A DNA stretch of 64,000 bases from an uncultured Rhodospirillaceae bacterium (GTDB lineage: Bacteria; Pseudomonadota; Alphaproteobacteria; UBA8366): NCBI GenBank assembly GCA_964408805.1, contig CAYPAV010000016.1, positions 23,006-87,005 on the forward strand. Direction: 5' to 3'. The position numbers and the translations under genes were made by a program. The notes beneath the pieces are model-generated. The model was not told the DNA's origin and did no database searches. It worked only from the letters and a program-made list of their open reading frames with translations. Below are positions 1-9,272 of the stretch, piece by piece. Position 1 is the stretch's first letter, and each line of letters starts with the position of its first letter.

Positions 1-4
1 ACAC

Positions 5-970
5 TTGGAATATACGACATTGGGCAAGACCGGATTGCGCGTCAGCGTCGCGGGTTTGGGCTGCGGCGGCAACAGCCGACTTGGCATGGGCGCCGGGAAA
101 ACCGTCTCAGAGGCGGCCGACGTCGTCCGCGCCGCCATCGAACTCGGCGTCAATTATTTTGATACCGCCAGAAACTATGGAACCGAGCCCGTCGTCGGCC
201 TTGGGATCAAGGGCGTTCGTCGGGACGACGTCGTGATTTCGACGAAATCTACGGTCAAGGTCGAAGGCACCCGCCTCACGGCGGAACAATTGGTCGCCAA
301 TCTCGACCATTCCCTGACGCAATTAGGCTCGGATTATGTCGATGTCTACATGCTGCATGGCGTTGCCCCCGTCGATTACGACTATTCCCTGGAGGTTTTG
401 GCACCCGCGTTGCTGAAGGAGCGCGAAAAGGGAAAATTTCGCCATCTCGGCATCACCGAGACCGCGCCCCGCGACCCGACCCAACAAATGCTGCAACGCG
501 CCGTGGAGGCGCCGTGTTGGGAGGTCGCCATGTTCGCCTATCACATGATGAACCAGAATGCGCGGACGCATGTCTTTCCCAGGATGCTCGAGAAGCGCAT
601 CGGTACGCTGCTTATGTTCGTGGTCCGCAATATCTTCAGCCGGCCCGGTTTGCTGGAAAATACCGTTAGGGAGTTGGTAGGAAACGGAGACCTGCCCGCC
701 GACTTCCCCGACCAAGACGACCCCTTGGGTTTTCTCGTTCATGACGGCGGCGCCACGAGCATCATCGACGCGGCTTATCGTTTCGTTCGGCATCAACCCG
801 GGACCGACGTCGTCTTGTTCGGGACCGGTAATCCGGCTCACTTGAGATCAAATATCGACTCTATTCTGCAACCGCCCTTGCCCGGCGCCCACGTCGAGAA
901 GCTTTATAATCTGTTCGGCGATCTGAAGAGCGTCGGCCTCGACCTGCCGGACAAGATGCCGAAGCCTTGA
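5..970 (+). CDS. Aldo/keto reductase
   Basis: LGKTGLRVSVAGLGCGG N-terminus; FDTARNYG (Asp/Tyr), ISTK (Lys) and MLHG (His) catalytic tetrad; LFGT. TTG start at the window edge is uncertain. Confidence 0.88.
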   Translation: MEYTTLGKTGLRVSVAGLGCGGNSRLGMGAGKTVSEAADVVRAAIELGVNYFDTARNYGTEPVVGLGIKGVRRDDVVISTKSTVKVEGTRLTAEQLVANLDHSLTQLGSDYVDVYMLHGVAPVDYDYSLEVLAPALLKEREKGKFRHLGITETAPRDPTQQMLQRAVEAPCWEVAMFAYHMMNQNARTHVFPRMLEKRIGTLLMFVVRNIFSRPGLLENTVRELVGNGDLPADFPDQDDPLGFLVHDGGATSIIDAAYRFVRHQPGTDVVLFGTGNPAHLRSNIDSILQPPLPGAHVEKLYNLFGDLKSVGLDLPDKMPKP

Positions 971-1002
971 CGCAGTCGTCGCGCGAAAACGAAACCCCTC
1001 GT

Positions 1003-2001
1003 TTATCCCGTTCCCTTGAAACAGATATTCTCCACCGCTTCGCCAATCGCTAGATGGTCCAGATTGCGTGCGACCGTCTGCCATCGCCGAAGCCGTGCCG
1101 CCCCGGAGCGCGCGCTGTTGTGGGGCGTCATGATCAGGTTATCCAGCGTTTCAAAGGGAAATCGCGAGGGCGGCCGCTCGGGATTCTCCGGCGTCGGATA
1201 ACTGTACCAGACATCGATGACGGCGCCGCCAATCCGTTTCTCCGAAAGCGCCCGGTAAAGCGCTTCCTCGTCGACTACCGCGCCGCGGCCCACATTGATC
1301 AGAACGCCGTCGGGCTTCATCCGTGCGATCCGTTCGGCGTCGATTAGGCCTCGCGTCTCGTCCGAGAGCGGCAGCGCGACGAGGACATAGTCGCTCTCGC
1401 CGAGAAGGTCGTCCAACCCGTCCATGGTCTGGAGTCGTTCGAGCGGCGCGGGGACCGGCCCCGCGGTTCGGCTGACCGCGATCACCCGCATTCCGAAGGC
1501 CGCGGCCCGTGCGGCTGCTTCCCGTCCGATATGTCCGTAGCCCACGACGCCGAGCGTCTTACCGTAAATTTCACCATGGTTGGGCCCCGTACCCGGGATG
1601 CGGTTGTCCCAGCCATGGGTGCGAAACCGCCGGTCCGATTTGGCAAAGCCGATTTCCCACTCCAGCATTGTCCCCAAGATATATTCGGCGATCGCGATCT
1701 CGTGCTCGAAGGCGTTGCAAACCGTACACCCTTCCGGCACGTCTTCGGGATGGAGCCAATCGAATCCGGTGAAGGGGATTTGGTATAGTTTCAAGTTCGG
1801 GACGGTGGGCCACGCCCCCTTGATCCGCCCGCCGACGATGGCGTCCGCGCCAGGGGCAAGATCAACGAAGCGCGCGAAGTCTTCGTCCTCGGACCAATGG
1901 ATGACATTCCAGTTCGTGGTCAATCGATCTTGGATCCAATCGATCCAGGGAATGCACATGCGTCCGGCGAGAAACACCGTAGGCTTATCGGACATCGGCA
2001 T
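1003..2001 (-). CDS. D-isomer-specific 2-hydroxyacid dehydrogenase
   Basis: GVVGYGHIG Rossmann motif, NVGRG, AVIDVW and TPHNS catalytic motifs. Confidence 0.9.
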   Translation of the reverse strand: MPMSDKPTVFLAGRMCIPWIDWIQDRLTTNWNVIHWSEDEDFARFVDLAPGADAIVGGRIKGAWPTVPNLKLYQIPFTGFDWLHPEDVPEGCTVCNAFEHEIAIAEYILGTMLEWEIGFAKSDRRFRTHGWDNRIPGTGPNHGEIYGKTLGVVGYGHIGREAAARAAAFGMRVIAVSRTAGPVPAPLERLQTMDGLDDLLGESDYVLVALPLSDETRGLIDAERIARMKPDGVLINVGRGAVVDEEALYRALSEKRIGGAVIDVWYSYPTPENPERPPSRFPFETLDNLIMTPHNSARSGAARLRRWQTVARNLDHLAIGEAVENICFKGTG

Positions 2002-2031
2002 GGATCTCGTTTCGCGAAATCGGTGTAACGT

Positions 2032-2829
2032 TCAACTCTTCGGCGGCTCGTCCAGCCGTACGACGATGCCCTCGAGATCCGGCGAAGGTGCGGCATAGCG
2101 GTTCAGAACATCGGGATCGTGTCCCGGCACGATATGGTCGTCGCTTGGCGCCAGCTTGCGCAAGCGGCGAAACCCTTCGAGCATCAGGAACAGGTTCTCG
2201 TGCAGCAGAAACGGCGTGCCATCGCTGATGCTTTCGTAATAATGCGCCGCGTCGGAAGCCAAAACGATGGGTCCTCGTTTGGTATTCACCTTCACCGATT
2301 GCTGACCTCGCGAGTGACCCGGAACGTGGTGTACCGATATGCCGGGAAAGAGTTCCTCGTCGCCGTCGTGGAAGACCACCCGGTCGCCGTAGACAGCCGT
2401 CACCATCTGCAAGACCTCTCCAAGCACGAAGGAGTGCCGAAGCGGTTTATACGTCATCGCCCGGCCGGTCACGAAAGACAGTTCCTCGTCCTGGATGTGG
2501 AAATTCGCCTTCGGGAAAAGATCGAGGTTGCCGACATGGTCGTAGTGCATGTGCGAAATGACGACGTCCTCGACCTCGTCCGCATCGACGCCGATCAATT
2601 TCATGCTTTCGGCCGGGCAGCGCAGAAACGTTCGGCCGCGACCTTCCCCCTCGGCCTGGTTGAAACCGATATCAAGGACAACCGTCCGCTCTTCGTTGCG
2701 AATCACCCAGACGAAGTAATCCATCGGCAGGGGCGCTTCGTGCGGATCGCCATACATAAAAATCGTCCCCCGCGTTCCCACGCGTTCGCCGTATTTGATC
2801 GCAAAGACTTCGTATTCGGGAATCGACAT
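2032..2829 (-). CDS. MBL-fold metallo-hydrolase, N-acyl-homoserine lactonase-like family
   Basis: SHMHYDHVG (HxHxDH), PGHS, LASDAAH and PGHD motifs. Confidence 0.88.
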   Translation of the reverse strand: MSIPEYEVFAIKYGERVGTRGTIFMYGDPHEAPLPMDYFVWVIRNEERTVVLDIGFNQAEGEGRGRTFLRCPAESMKLIGVDADEVEDVVISHMHYDHVGNLDLFPKANFHIQDEELSFVTGRAMTYKPLRHSFVLGEVLQMVTAVYGDRVVFHDGDEELFPGISVHHVPGHSRGQQSVKVNTKRGPIVLASDAAHYYESISDGTPFLLHENLFLMLEGFRRLRKLAPSDDHIVPGHDPDVLNRYAAPSPDLEGIVVRLDEPPKS

Positions 2830-2864
2830 TTCCCTCGTTCCTTTCGATGAATGTATCGGGCGTC

Positions 2865-3701
2865 CTAACCGGCTATTTGCGTGCGCTGCATATGGCGGAC
2901 ACTGTCGTGATTATCGTGAACGGCTAGGTGCACCGTGCATCGATTGTCCCAAAACGCGATCGATCCCGGCCTCCAGGCAAACCGGCAGGTGAATTCGGGC
3001 CGGCACTGATGTTTGTAGAGAAATTGTAAAACCGGCGCACTTTCCGCCTCGGTCATGCCGTCGAGATGCATTGTGTAAACGGGATTGACGAAAAGGTGCT
3101 TCCGGCCGGTTTCCGGATGGACGCTGACGACCGGATGGGCGTTGACGGTCGGCTGCCAGTTTGCGTCGTCACGTACCTGGCTGGACCGTTTGGCGTTGAC
3201 GCCCGCTTGGGGGCCCGCCACGCGGATATCGCTGTGCACGGCTTCCAGGTCGCCGAGCAGGTCCTTCATGCCGTCGGACAGGGCGTCATAGGCCATGTAT
3301 TGGTTTGCGAAGATGGTATCGCCGCCATATTCCGGCGTCTCCAACGCGTAGAGGATCGCCCCCATCGGCGGCGTTTCCATCATCGTCGTGTCCGCGTGCC
3401 ATTCCTCGCCGGCGACACTGGTATCGCCGGGTTTCCGCAGCAGGTAGACGGTCTCCTTGTCTTCCTGGCCGAGCTGATAGTTCGGATGGACGAAGAGCTC
3501 GCCGAATCGCCGGCTGAAGGCCTTGTGCCGATCAACAGGGAGGTCCTGATCCCGGAAAAAGATCACCAGATGGTCAAGCAGTGCCTGACGGATTTCACCG
3601 ATCGTTGCGTCATCCAACTCGTCGCCGACCGCAACCGCGCCAATTTCGGCACCGAGCGCCCCTGCGATGGGTGCAACCGTGATTCTTTCGTAAGCCGTCA
3701 T
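2865..3701 (-). CDS. TauD/TfdA Fe(II)/2-oxoglutarate dioxygenase
   Basis: WHADTT (HxD), YGGDTIFAN, HPVVSVHPETGRK and WDNRCTVH motifs. Confidence 0.92.
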   Translation of the reverse strand: MTAYERITVAPIAGALGAEIGAVAVGDELDDATIGEIRQALLDHLVIFFRDQDLPVDRHKAFSRRFGELFVHPNYQLGQEDKETVYLLRKPGDTSVAGEEWHADTTMMETPPMGAILYALETPEYGGDTIFANQYMAYDALSDGMKDLLGDLEAVHSDIRVAGPQAGVNAKRSSQVRDDANWQPTVNAHPVVSVHPETGRKHLFVNPVYTMHLDGMTEAESAPVLQFLYKHQCRPEFTCRFAWRPGSIAFWDNRCTVHLAVHDNHDSVRHMQRTQIAG

Positions 3702-3767
3702 ATCGTCTTGGTCTCCAAACGGGTCGCGTCCGGTGCATCCGGTCCACGGCCTCCAATTTTCGCGGGT

Positions 3768-4295
3768 CTATTTCGACGCCCTGGCACGCAGTTCATTGTT
3801 CACGGTGCGGTCGCCCGCCAGCCAGCGCTTCAAATCCGCATGCGCCCGTTCGCGCCGATCCGTGCAAATTTCAGCACTGTCCGGGTGATCGACGGTGAAT
3901 TCCAGCTTCAGATTATTGGGGTCGTGCACATATAGCGAAACGCAGTATCCGTGATCGGTGACTCGGATCGCATAGTCGTGCGCTTCCAGACGCTCCTTTA
4001 ACTGCGCTTGCGTGTTTGAATCGCACTCGAATGCAACATGTCCGGGAGAGTTCTGGTCCCTCGGGTTTTCGTCCTGATCGCCCCACTGGAAAAACGCCAG
4101 GGTGCTGCGATCCTCGAACTCGAAAAGCGTGTGACAGTATTCGAGGCCCGTTCGCGGGTTTTTCTCCGCCCAGGTCGCCACCAGCGGAATACCAATGACG
4201 TCCTCGTAGAACCGGCGGGTCATTTCCATGTCCCGCGTCACCCACGCGGCGTGATGCAATCTTCTCGGCCGCGAAACGCGATCGCTTGAGTTCAT
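3768..4295 (-). CDS. VOC (glyoxalase/dioxygenase) family protein
   Basis: LHHAAW, GHVAF, DHGYCVSLY and LKLEF metal-ligand pattern. Start moved to ATG 4295, which follows an AGGAGG RBS. Confidence 0.88.
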   Translation of the reverse strand: MNSSDRVSRPRRLHHAAWVTRDMEMTRRFYEDVIGIPLVATWAEKNPRTGLEYCHTLFEFEDRSTLAFFQWGDQDENPRDQNSPGHVAFECDSNTQAQLKERLEAHDYAIRVTDHGYCVSLYVHDPNNLKLEFTVDHPDSAEICTDRRERAHADLKRWLAGDRTVNNELRARASK

Positions 4296-4405
4296 CTCTT
4301 TCGACCTCCTGTCACTATGACCCACGACTTCTATTTGCGGTCTCTCCCAAACTACAGGGGTCCGGAAGTTCCGAAGCGCCTCGATGGATCAGCGCGCCGG
4401 ATTCA

Positions 4406-5164
4406 TTAAAGCGCGAAACGGTGCAGGCCGCCATCGACATGGATCACTTCGCCGGTGATATAGCGCGCCAGCGGCGAGGCGAGGAAGGCGATCAGATAGG
4501 CCATGTCCTCGGGCTCGCCGAAGTATCCGGCCGGGATGTTGGCCTTGATGAACGCGGCGCGCTCATCCGGATCGGCGTGCAGTCGCTCCAATATCTGCTC
4601 ACTGTTGATGCGGCCCGGCGGCAAACTGTTGACGGTGATCCCGTCGGGCGCCAGCACCCGGGACAAGCCCTTGGCCCACATATGCACCGCCGCCTTGGCC
4701 GAGGACGCGACGTTGACACCGCTCGGCTCGCTCGACCCAGTGATATTGACGATGCGGCCGAACTTTTGTTTCTGCATACCGGGCACGAATTGGTGGGTCA
4801 GCCGCCGCAGCATCTCGAAGTTGAGGGTCATGCCCTCGTGCCAGGCGTCGTCCGGCGCGTCCCACGGAATCGGACGCGAGCCGCCGGCACAATTGACCAG
4901 AATATCGAGCCCGTCGAAGGTCTCGTAAACCCGTTCGCGGATCAGCTCCGGCGCGCCCTGGCGGGTTACGTCCTCGGCGATGATGAGCGGGCGCTCACCG
5001 CCCGCCGTCTCGATCTCGCCGGCCAGTTCCTCGAGCAGGTTCTCGCGCCGGGCGACGACGGCGACGCGGCAGCCCTCGGCCGCCAAGACCTTCGCCGTAC
5101 CCCGGCCGATTCCCCGGCTAGCGCCTGTGACGAGACAAATCTTTCCCTCAAGTTGCAAATCCAT
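4406..5164 (-). CDS. SDR oxidoreductase, atypical (no YxxxK)
   Basis: VTGASRGIG, LVNCAG and VIHVDGG. The catalytic position reads ASSAK. Start taken at MDLQLEGK. Confidence 0.88.
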   Translation of the reverse strand: MDLQLEGKICLVTGASRGIGRGTAKVLAAEGCRVAVVARRENLLEELAGEIETAGGERPLIIAEDVTRQGAPELIRERVYETFDGLDILVNCAGGSRPIPWDAPDDAWHEGMTLNFEMLRRLTHQFVPGMQKQKFGRIVNITGSSEPSGVNVASSAKAAVHMWAKGLSRVLAPDGITVNSLPPGRINSEQILERLHADPDERAAFIKANIPAGYFGEPEDMAYLIAFLASPLARYITGEVIHVDGGLHRFAL

Positions 5165-5290
5165 GGTTATACGTGGCACCCAAAATGTTATAGAAAATCG
5201 ATTGCATTCCTGATCGGCGGAAAAACGCTACCACCCCCGGTTTCCGCACACCAGCCAGTGTCGGCGATCGGTTTCGAGCGAGGATACGAA

Positions 5291-6322
5291 ATGGACGATA
5301 AGCTGATCCCAACCACGCTTGTGGGCAGTTATCCCCAACCCGATTGGCTCGTCGACAAGGATATCCTCCTCGGCAGCGGACCACCGCGCGTGCGCATGCG
5401 CGAAGTCTGGCGGCCGCGGGAAGGTTTGCTGGAGCAAGCGCAGGACGATGCCACCTTGGTAGCGTTGCACGACCAGGAACGCGCCGGCATCGATATCGTC
5501 TCGGACGGCGAGATCCGACGCGAGAGCTATTTCAATCACTTCGCCAATGCGCTCGACGGCATCGATTTGGACGAGCCGGGCGTTGTGCCGGGGCGCACCG
5601 GGAAACCGACCGTAGTGCCGCGCGTGGTTGGTCCGATCCAGCGGACGGCACCGGTCCAGGTCCGCGATGTGGCCTTTCTGCGCGCCCATACCGAGAAATC
5701 GATCAAGATCACCATTCCCGGCGCCTTCACCATGGCGAAGATGGCGCTGGACGAACATTACGGCGATCAGGAAGCGCTGATCATGGCCTATGCGGCGGCG
5801 CTGAACGAGGAAGTGCGCGAGCTGAAGGCCGCGGGCGCCGACGTCATTCAAATAGATGAGCCGCACATGCAGGCGCACCCCAAAGAAGCCGGACGCTTTG
5901 GGATCGCGGCGATCGATCGGGCCTTGGAGGGCATCGACGGGCCGACCGTCGTCCATGTCTGTTTCGGTTACGCCTACGTCGTGGCGGAGAAGCCATCCGG
6001 CTATTCCTTCCTGCCCGAGTTCGACAAGTGCTGTGCCACGGCGATCTCCATTGAGGCCGCGCAACCGGGTCTCGATCCGGAGATCCTCGAACGCTTGCCA
6101 AGCAAGCGAATTCTTTACGGTGTGATCGATCTCGGCACGAATGAGGTGGAGACACCTGAACTCATTGCCGACCGGTTGCGCGGCGCCTTGCGACACATTT
6201 CGCCGGATCGCCTTTTCGCAGCGCCGGATTGCGGGATGAAATATCTGCCGAGGGAGGTTGCGTTCGGAAAGCTCAAGGCAATGGTCGACGGTGCCGAAAT
6301 TGTTCGGCGCGAACTTGTGTAA
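5291..6322 (+). CDS. Cobalamin-independent methionine synthase catalytic-domain-like Zn enzyme (MetE C-terminal half only)
   Basis: PTTLVGSYP, DIVSDGE, IQIDEP, VHVCFG (HxC) and APDCG Zn ligands. 343 aa. It is the 3' part of ORF 4286..6322, and ATG 5291 follows a GAGGA RBS. Confidence 0.85.
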   Translation: MDDKLIPTTLVGSYPQPDWLVDKDILLGSGPPRVRMREVWRPREGLLEQAQDDATLVALHDQERAGIDIVSDGEIRRESYFNHFANALDGIDLDEPGVVPGRTGKPTVVPRVVGPIQRTAPVQVRDVAFLRAHTEKSIKITIPGAFTMAKMALDEHYGDQEALIMAYAAALNEEVRELKAAGADVIQIDEPHMQAHPKEAGRFGIAAIDRALEGIDGPTVVHVCFGYAYVVAEKPSGYSFLPEFDKCCATAISIEAAQPGLDPEILERLPSKRILYGVIDLGTNEVETPELIADRLRGALRHISPDRLFAAPDCGMKYLPREVAFGKLKAMVDGAEIVRRELV

Positions 6323-6338
6323 TCCAAGGGAGGCAAAA

Positions 6339-7031
6339 ATGGGATTGGCGAATGGCGTGCATCATCTAGCGATTTGCACAGGGGATATTAAGGCGCAGAT
6401 CGAGTTCTTTACCGATGTGTTGGGCGCGGAGTTGAAGGCGCTCTATTGGATGCATGGGGTCGACGGTACGTTTCACGGTTTCTTGGGATTCGGCGATTCC
6501 TGCTCCGTCGCGTTCGTGCAGAACGACCAGGTCAAGGAAATCGAGCCGAAGGTGGGCATCAGCCACGCGGCGAATACGCGCTCCCCGTCAGCCCCCGGCA
6601 CCATGCAGCACGTCGCCTTCAACGTGGACGACGAGGACGCCCTATTGGCGCTGAGGGACCGCATCCGGTCGCGGGGCATCAACATTTACGGCCCGGTCGA
6701 TCATGGTTTCTGCAAGAGCATCTATTTTGCCGGGCTGGAGGGGCTGAATCTGGAGATCTCGACCAGCGCCGAGGCGATCGACGAACGCGCTTGGATTGAT
6801 CCGGAAGTCGTCGAACTCGCCGGCATCGATGCCCAGGAACTGGCGCGCTACAAGACCCCGGCAACATATGAGAACGAGACGGGCGAACCGGTGCCGCAGC
6901 CGCCTATCAATCCCGACAAGCCGCATTTCATTTATCCGCCGGCGGAATACGAGACGTTGATGACCATGCCGGACGAGGAATTGACTGCGCTGCGCAGCCA
7001 GCCCGATCCGCCGGTTCAGGTGGCAGAGTGA
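6339..7031 (+). CDS. VOC family protein
   Basis: VHHLAI, QHVAFNV, DHGFCKSIY and LNLEI. GGAGG RBS before ATG 6339. Confidence 0.87.
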   Translation: MGLANGVHHLAICTGDIKAQIEFFTDVLGAELKALYWMHGVDGTFHGFLGFGDSCSVAFVQNDQVKEIEPKVGISHAANTRSPSAPGTMQHVAFNVDDEDALLALRDRIRSRGINIYGPVDHGFCKSIYFAGLEGLNLEISTSAEAIDERAWIDPEVVELAGIDAQELARYKTPATYENETGEPVPQPPINPDKPHFIYPPAEYETLMTMPDEELTALRSQPDPPVQVAE

Positions 7032-7046
7032 GTTAGCATCGCCCGC

Positions 7047-8204
7047 ATGACCGAACACATTCTCATTGCCGGCGCCGGATTGGGCGGATTGACCTTGGCG
7101 CTGGCGCTGTTGCGGCGGGGAAGGTCAGTCACGATTCTCGAGCAAGCCGACGCGCTTGGTGAGGTCGGTGCGGGTGTGCAAATTAGCGCCAACGGCGCCA
7201 GGGTGTTGCATGCGCTGGGTCTGGAGGCGGCGCTGAAGAAGGTCGCCTTCCTGCCGGAGGCGGGAGAGATACGGCACTGGCAAACCGGCGCGACGCTGAT
7301 GAGCCGGCCGTTGGGCGAGAGCAGTGTACGGCGTTTCGGATTTCCCTATTACCATCTGCATCGCGCTGATTTTCATCGACTACTCGAAGAGGCGGTGCGC
7401 GATGCCGCGCCGGACTGTTTTCGGCTGGGCGCCAGGGTGGTGGATTTTACCGACGACGGGGATGGCATCGAAGTCATTACGGAAAACGGTGCCAGATATC
7501 AGGGCGACGTACTGGTCGGTTGCGACGGCATTCATTCCAAGGTGCGGGAGCGACTGTTCGGCCGGGATGCGCCGCGCTTCACGGGCGTCGTTGCCTGGCG
7601 CGCAACGATTCCGATAGAACAACTTCCGCCAAACCATGTGCGGCCGATGGCGTCCAATTGGCTGGGCCAAGGCGGCCACTTCGTCCACTACTATCTCCGC
7701 CGTGGCGAGCTGGTGAACTGTGTCGGTTGCTTCGAAACGGCGGAGTGGCAGGCCGAATCCTGGTCCGCGGTTGGCGAGAAGAAAGATTTCGCTCGCGATT
7801 TCGCAGGCTGGCACGAGGACCTGCAAGTACTTATCCGGAACGCCGAAAACTGTTTTCGATGGGGCCTGTTCGATCGCGACCCGATGCCCGCCTGGAGCCG
7901 GGGCCGGGTGACGCTGTTGGGCGATGCCTGCCACCCGATGCTGCCCTTCATGGCGCAGGGCGCGGTGATGTCGATTGAGGACGGCTGTATTCTGACGGCG
8001 TGTTTGGATGCGATCGACGACCCGGAGGCGGCCCTGCGAATGTACGAATCGGTACGCCGCGAGCGCACGGCCGATGTCCAGCAGATGTCGCGGGACAATA
8101 TGAAGATCTTCCACGATGCCGCCGCCGCGACGGAAACCATCTTGGCCGGCCATCGTGCCCGCCACGAGTGGCTCTACGGTTACGACGCGACCGCTCAAAT
8201 ATAG
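7047..8204 (+). CDS. FAD-dependent monooxygenase (salicylate/3-hydroxybenzoate hydroxylase-like)
   Basis: IAGAGLGG, EVGAGVQISAN, VGCDGIHS and LLGDACHPMLP fingerprints. Confidence 0.9.
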   Translation: MTEHILIAGAGLGGLTLALALLRRGRSVTILEQADALGEVGAGVQISANGARVLHALGLEAALKKVAFLPEAGEIRHWQTGATLMSRPLGESSVRRFGFPYYHLHRADFHRLLEEAVRDAAPDCFRLGARVVDFTDDGDGIEVITENGARYQGDVLVGCDGIHSKVRERLFGRDAPRFTGVVAWRATIPIEQLPPNHVRPMASNWLGQGGHFVHYYLRRGELVNCVGCFETAEWQAESWSAVGEKKDFARDFAGWHEDLQVLIRNAENCFRWGLFDRDPMPAWSRGRVTLLGDACHPMLPFMAQGAVMSIEDGCILTACLDAIDDPEAALRMYESVRRERTADVQQMSRDNMKIFHDAAAATETILAGHRARHEWLYGYDATAQI

Positions 8205-8426
8205 GTGTGTGTGTCGCTCCACTATAACGCCGGGCCCCAATTCCATCGGTAATCGCAGAGGCAACAGCTTCACGAATTCATGGGCTGCGCGGTTCTTTTT
8301 GCAGCAATGTTTCTCCGGCGCCCGCAAGCTTTCATGGAGCCGCCGGATTGACTATTTTCGCCTTAGGCAATAATGGCACCTGGAGTGTGTCGGTTCGACT
8401 TTGGACTTTAAACGGAGAGAGCAAAC

Positions 8427-9212
8427 ATGGAATGCAGAATGGACGGACACACGGCGATCATCACCGGCGGCAGTCTCGGTTTGGGACGCGCCATGGCGGT
8501 TGAATTCGCCAAGTCCGGGGCCAATGTCGCCATTGTCGCGCGCCGCGCCGAGGTGCTTGAGGAGGCCAAAGTCGAAATCAAGGCGGCCGCGCCCGACGCC
8601 AATGTCGAGGCATATGCCTGCGACATGTGCGATCCGGCGGCGATCAAGTCGATGCACCAATCGGTCGAGAGCGATCTGGGGCCGGTCGATGTCGTGGTGA
8701 ACAACGCGGGGACATCGCGGGCCATGAAATTCATGGACATCACGGACGAGCTTTGGAACGAAGACCTGGAACTAAAATTGATGGGGGCGGTTCGGCTGAT
8801 CCGTTTGACCTTCCCCGGCATGGTGGAACGCCGCTGGGGACGAATCATCAATGTGCTGAACGTGGGTGCAAAGGCGCCGCGTCCCGGCGGCGCACCGACG
8901 GCGGTCTCGCGGGCGGCGGGCATGGCGCTGACCAAGGCTCTGGCAGGCGAAGGGGCACCGCATAACGTGCTCGTCAATGCCATGCTGGTCGGGTTGATCG
9001 AAAGTGACCAGCACTTGCAGCGGCATCTCAAATCCGGCTCGAACCAATCGCTCGAGGATTTCTACGACAAGATGGGCGAGATGGTGCCGATGGGTCGTGT
9101 CGGCAAGCCGGAGGAGTTCGCCAATATGGCCTGTTTCCTGGCCTCCGACGCGGGCTCCTACATTACCGGGACGGCCATCAACGTCGATGGCAACCGCTCG
9201 CCCGTCGTCTGA
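8427..9212 (+). CDS. SDR oxidoreductase, atypical (no YxxxK)
   Basis: ITGGSLGLG, VVNNAG and INVDG. The catalytic position reads TAVSR. Confidence 0.88.
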   Translation: MECRMDGHTAIITGGSLGLGRAMAVEFAKSGANVAIVARRAEVLEEAKVEIKAAAPDANVEAYACDMCDPAAIKSMHQSVESDLGPVDVVVNNAGTSRAMKFMDITDELWNEDLELKLMGAVRLIRLTFPGMVERRWGRIINVLNVGAKAPRPGGAPTAVSRAAGMALTKALAGEGAPHNVLVNAMLVGLIESDQHLQRHLKSGSNQSLEDFYDKMGEMVPMGRVGKPEEFANMACFLASDAGSYITGTAINVDGNRSPVV

Positions 9213-9272
9213 CCGTGATAGGCTAACCGAGACAGTGTCGAAAATTCCAGCCAAAGCTTGAAAGGCAATGAG

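Noticed and set aside
2832-2867. Possible stop readthrough extending the TauD C-terminus (…QIAG*DARY)
   Set aside because: All catalytic residues lie upstream of the stop, and the downstream codons do not restore a GDxP tail.
4286-6322. 678-aa ORF suggesting a novel fusion to the MetE-like domain
   Set aside because: The first ~335 codons are the antisense shadow of the SDR at 4406..5164. The real gene starts at ATG 5291 with its own RBS.
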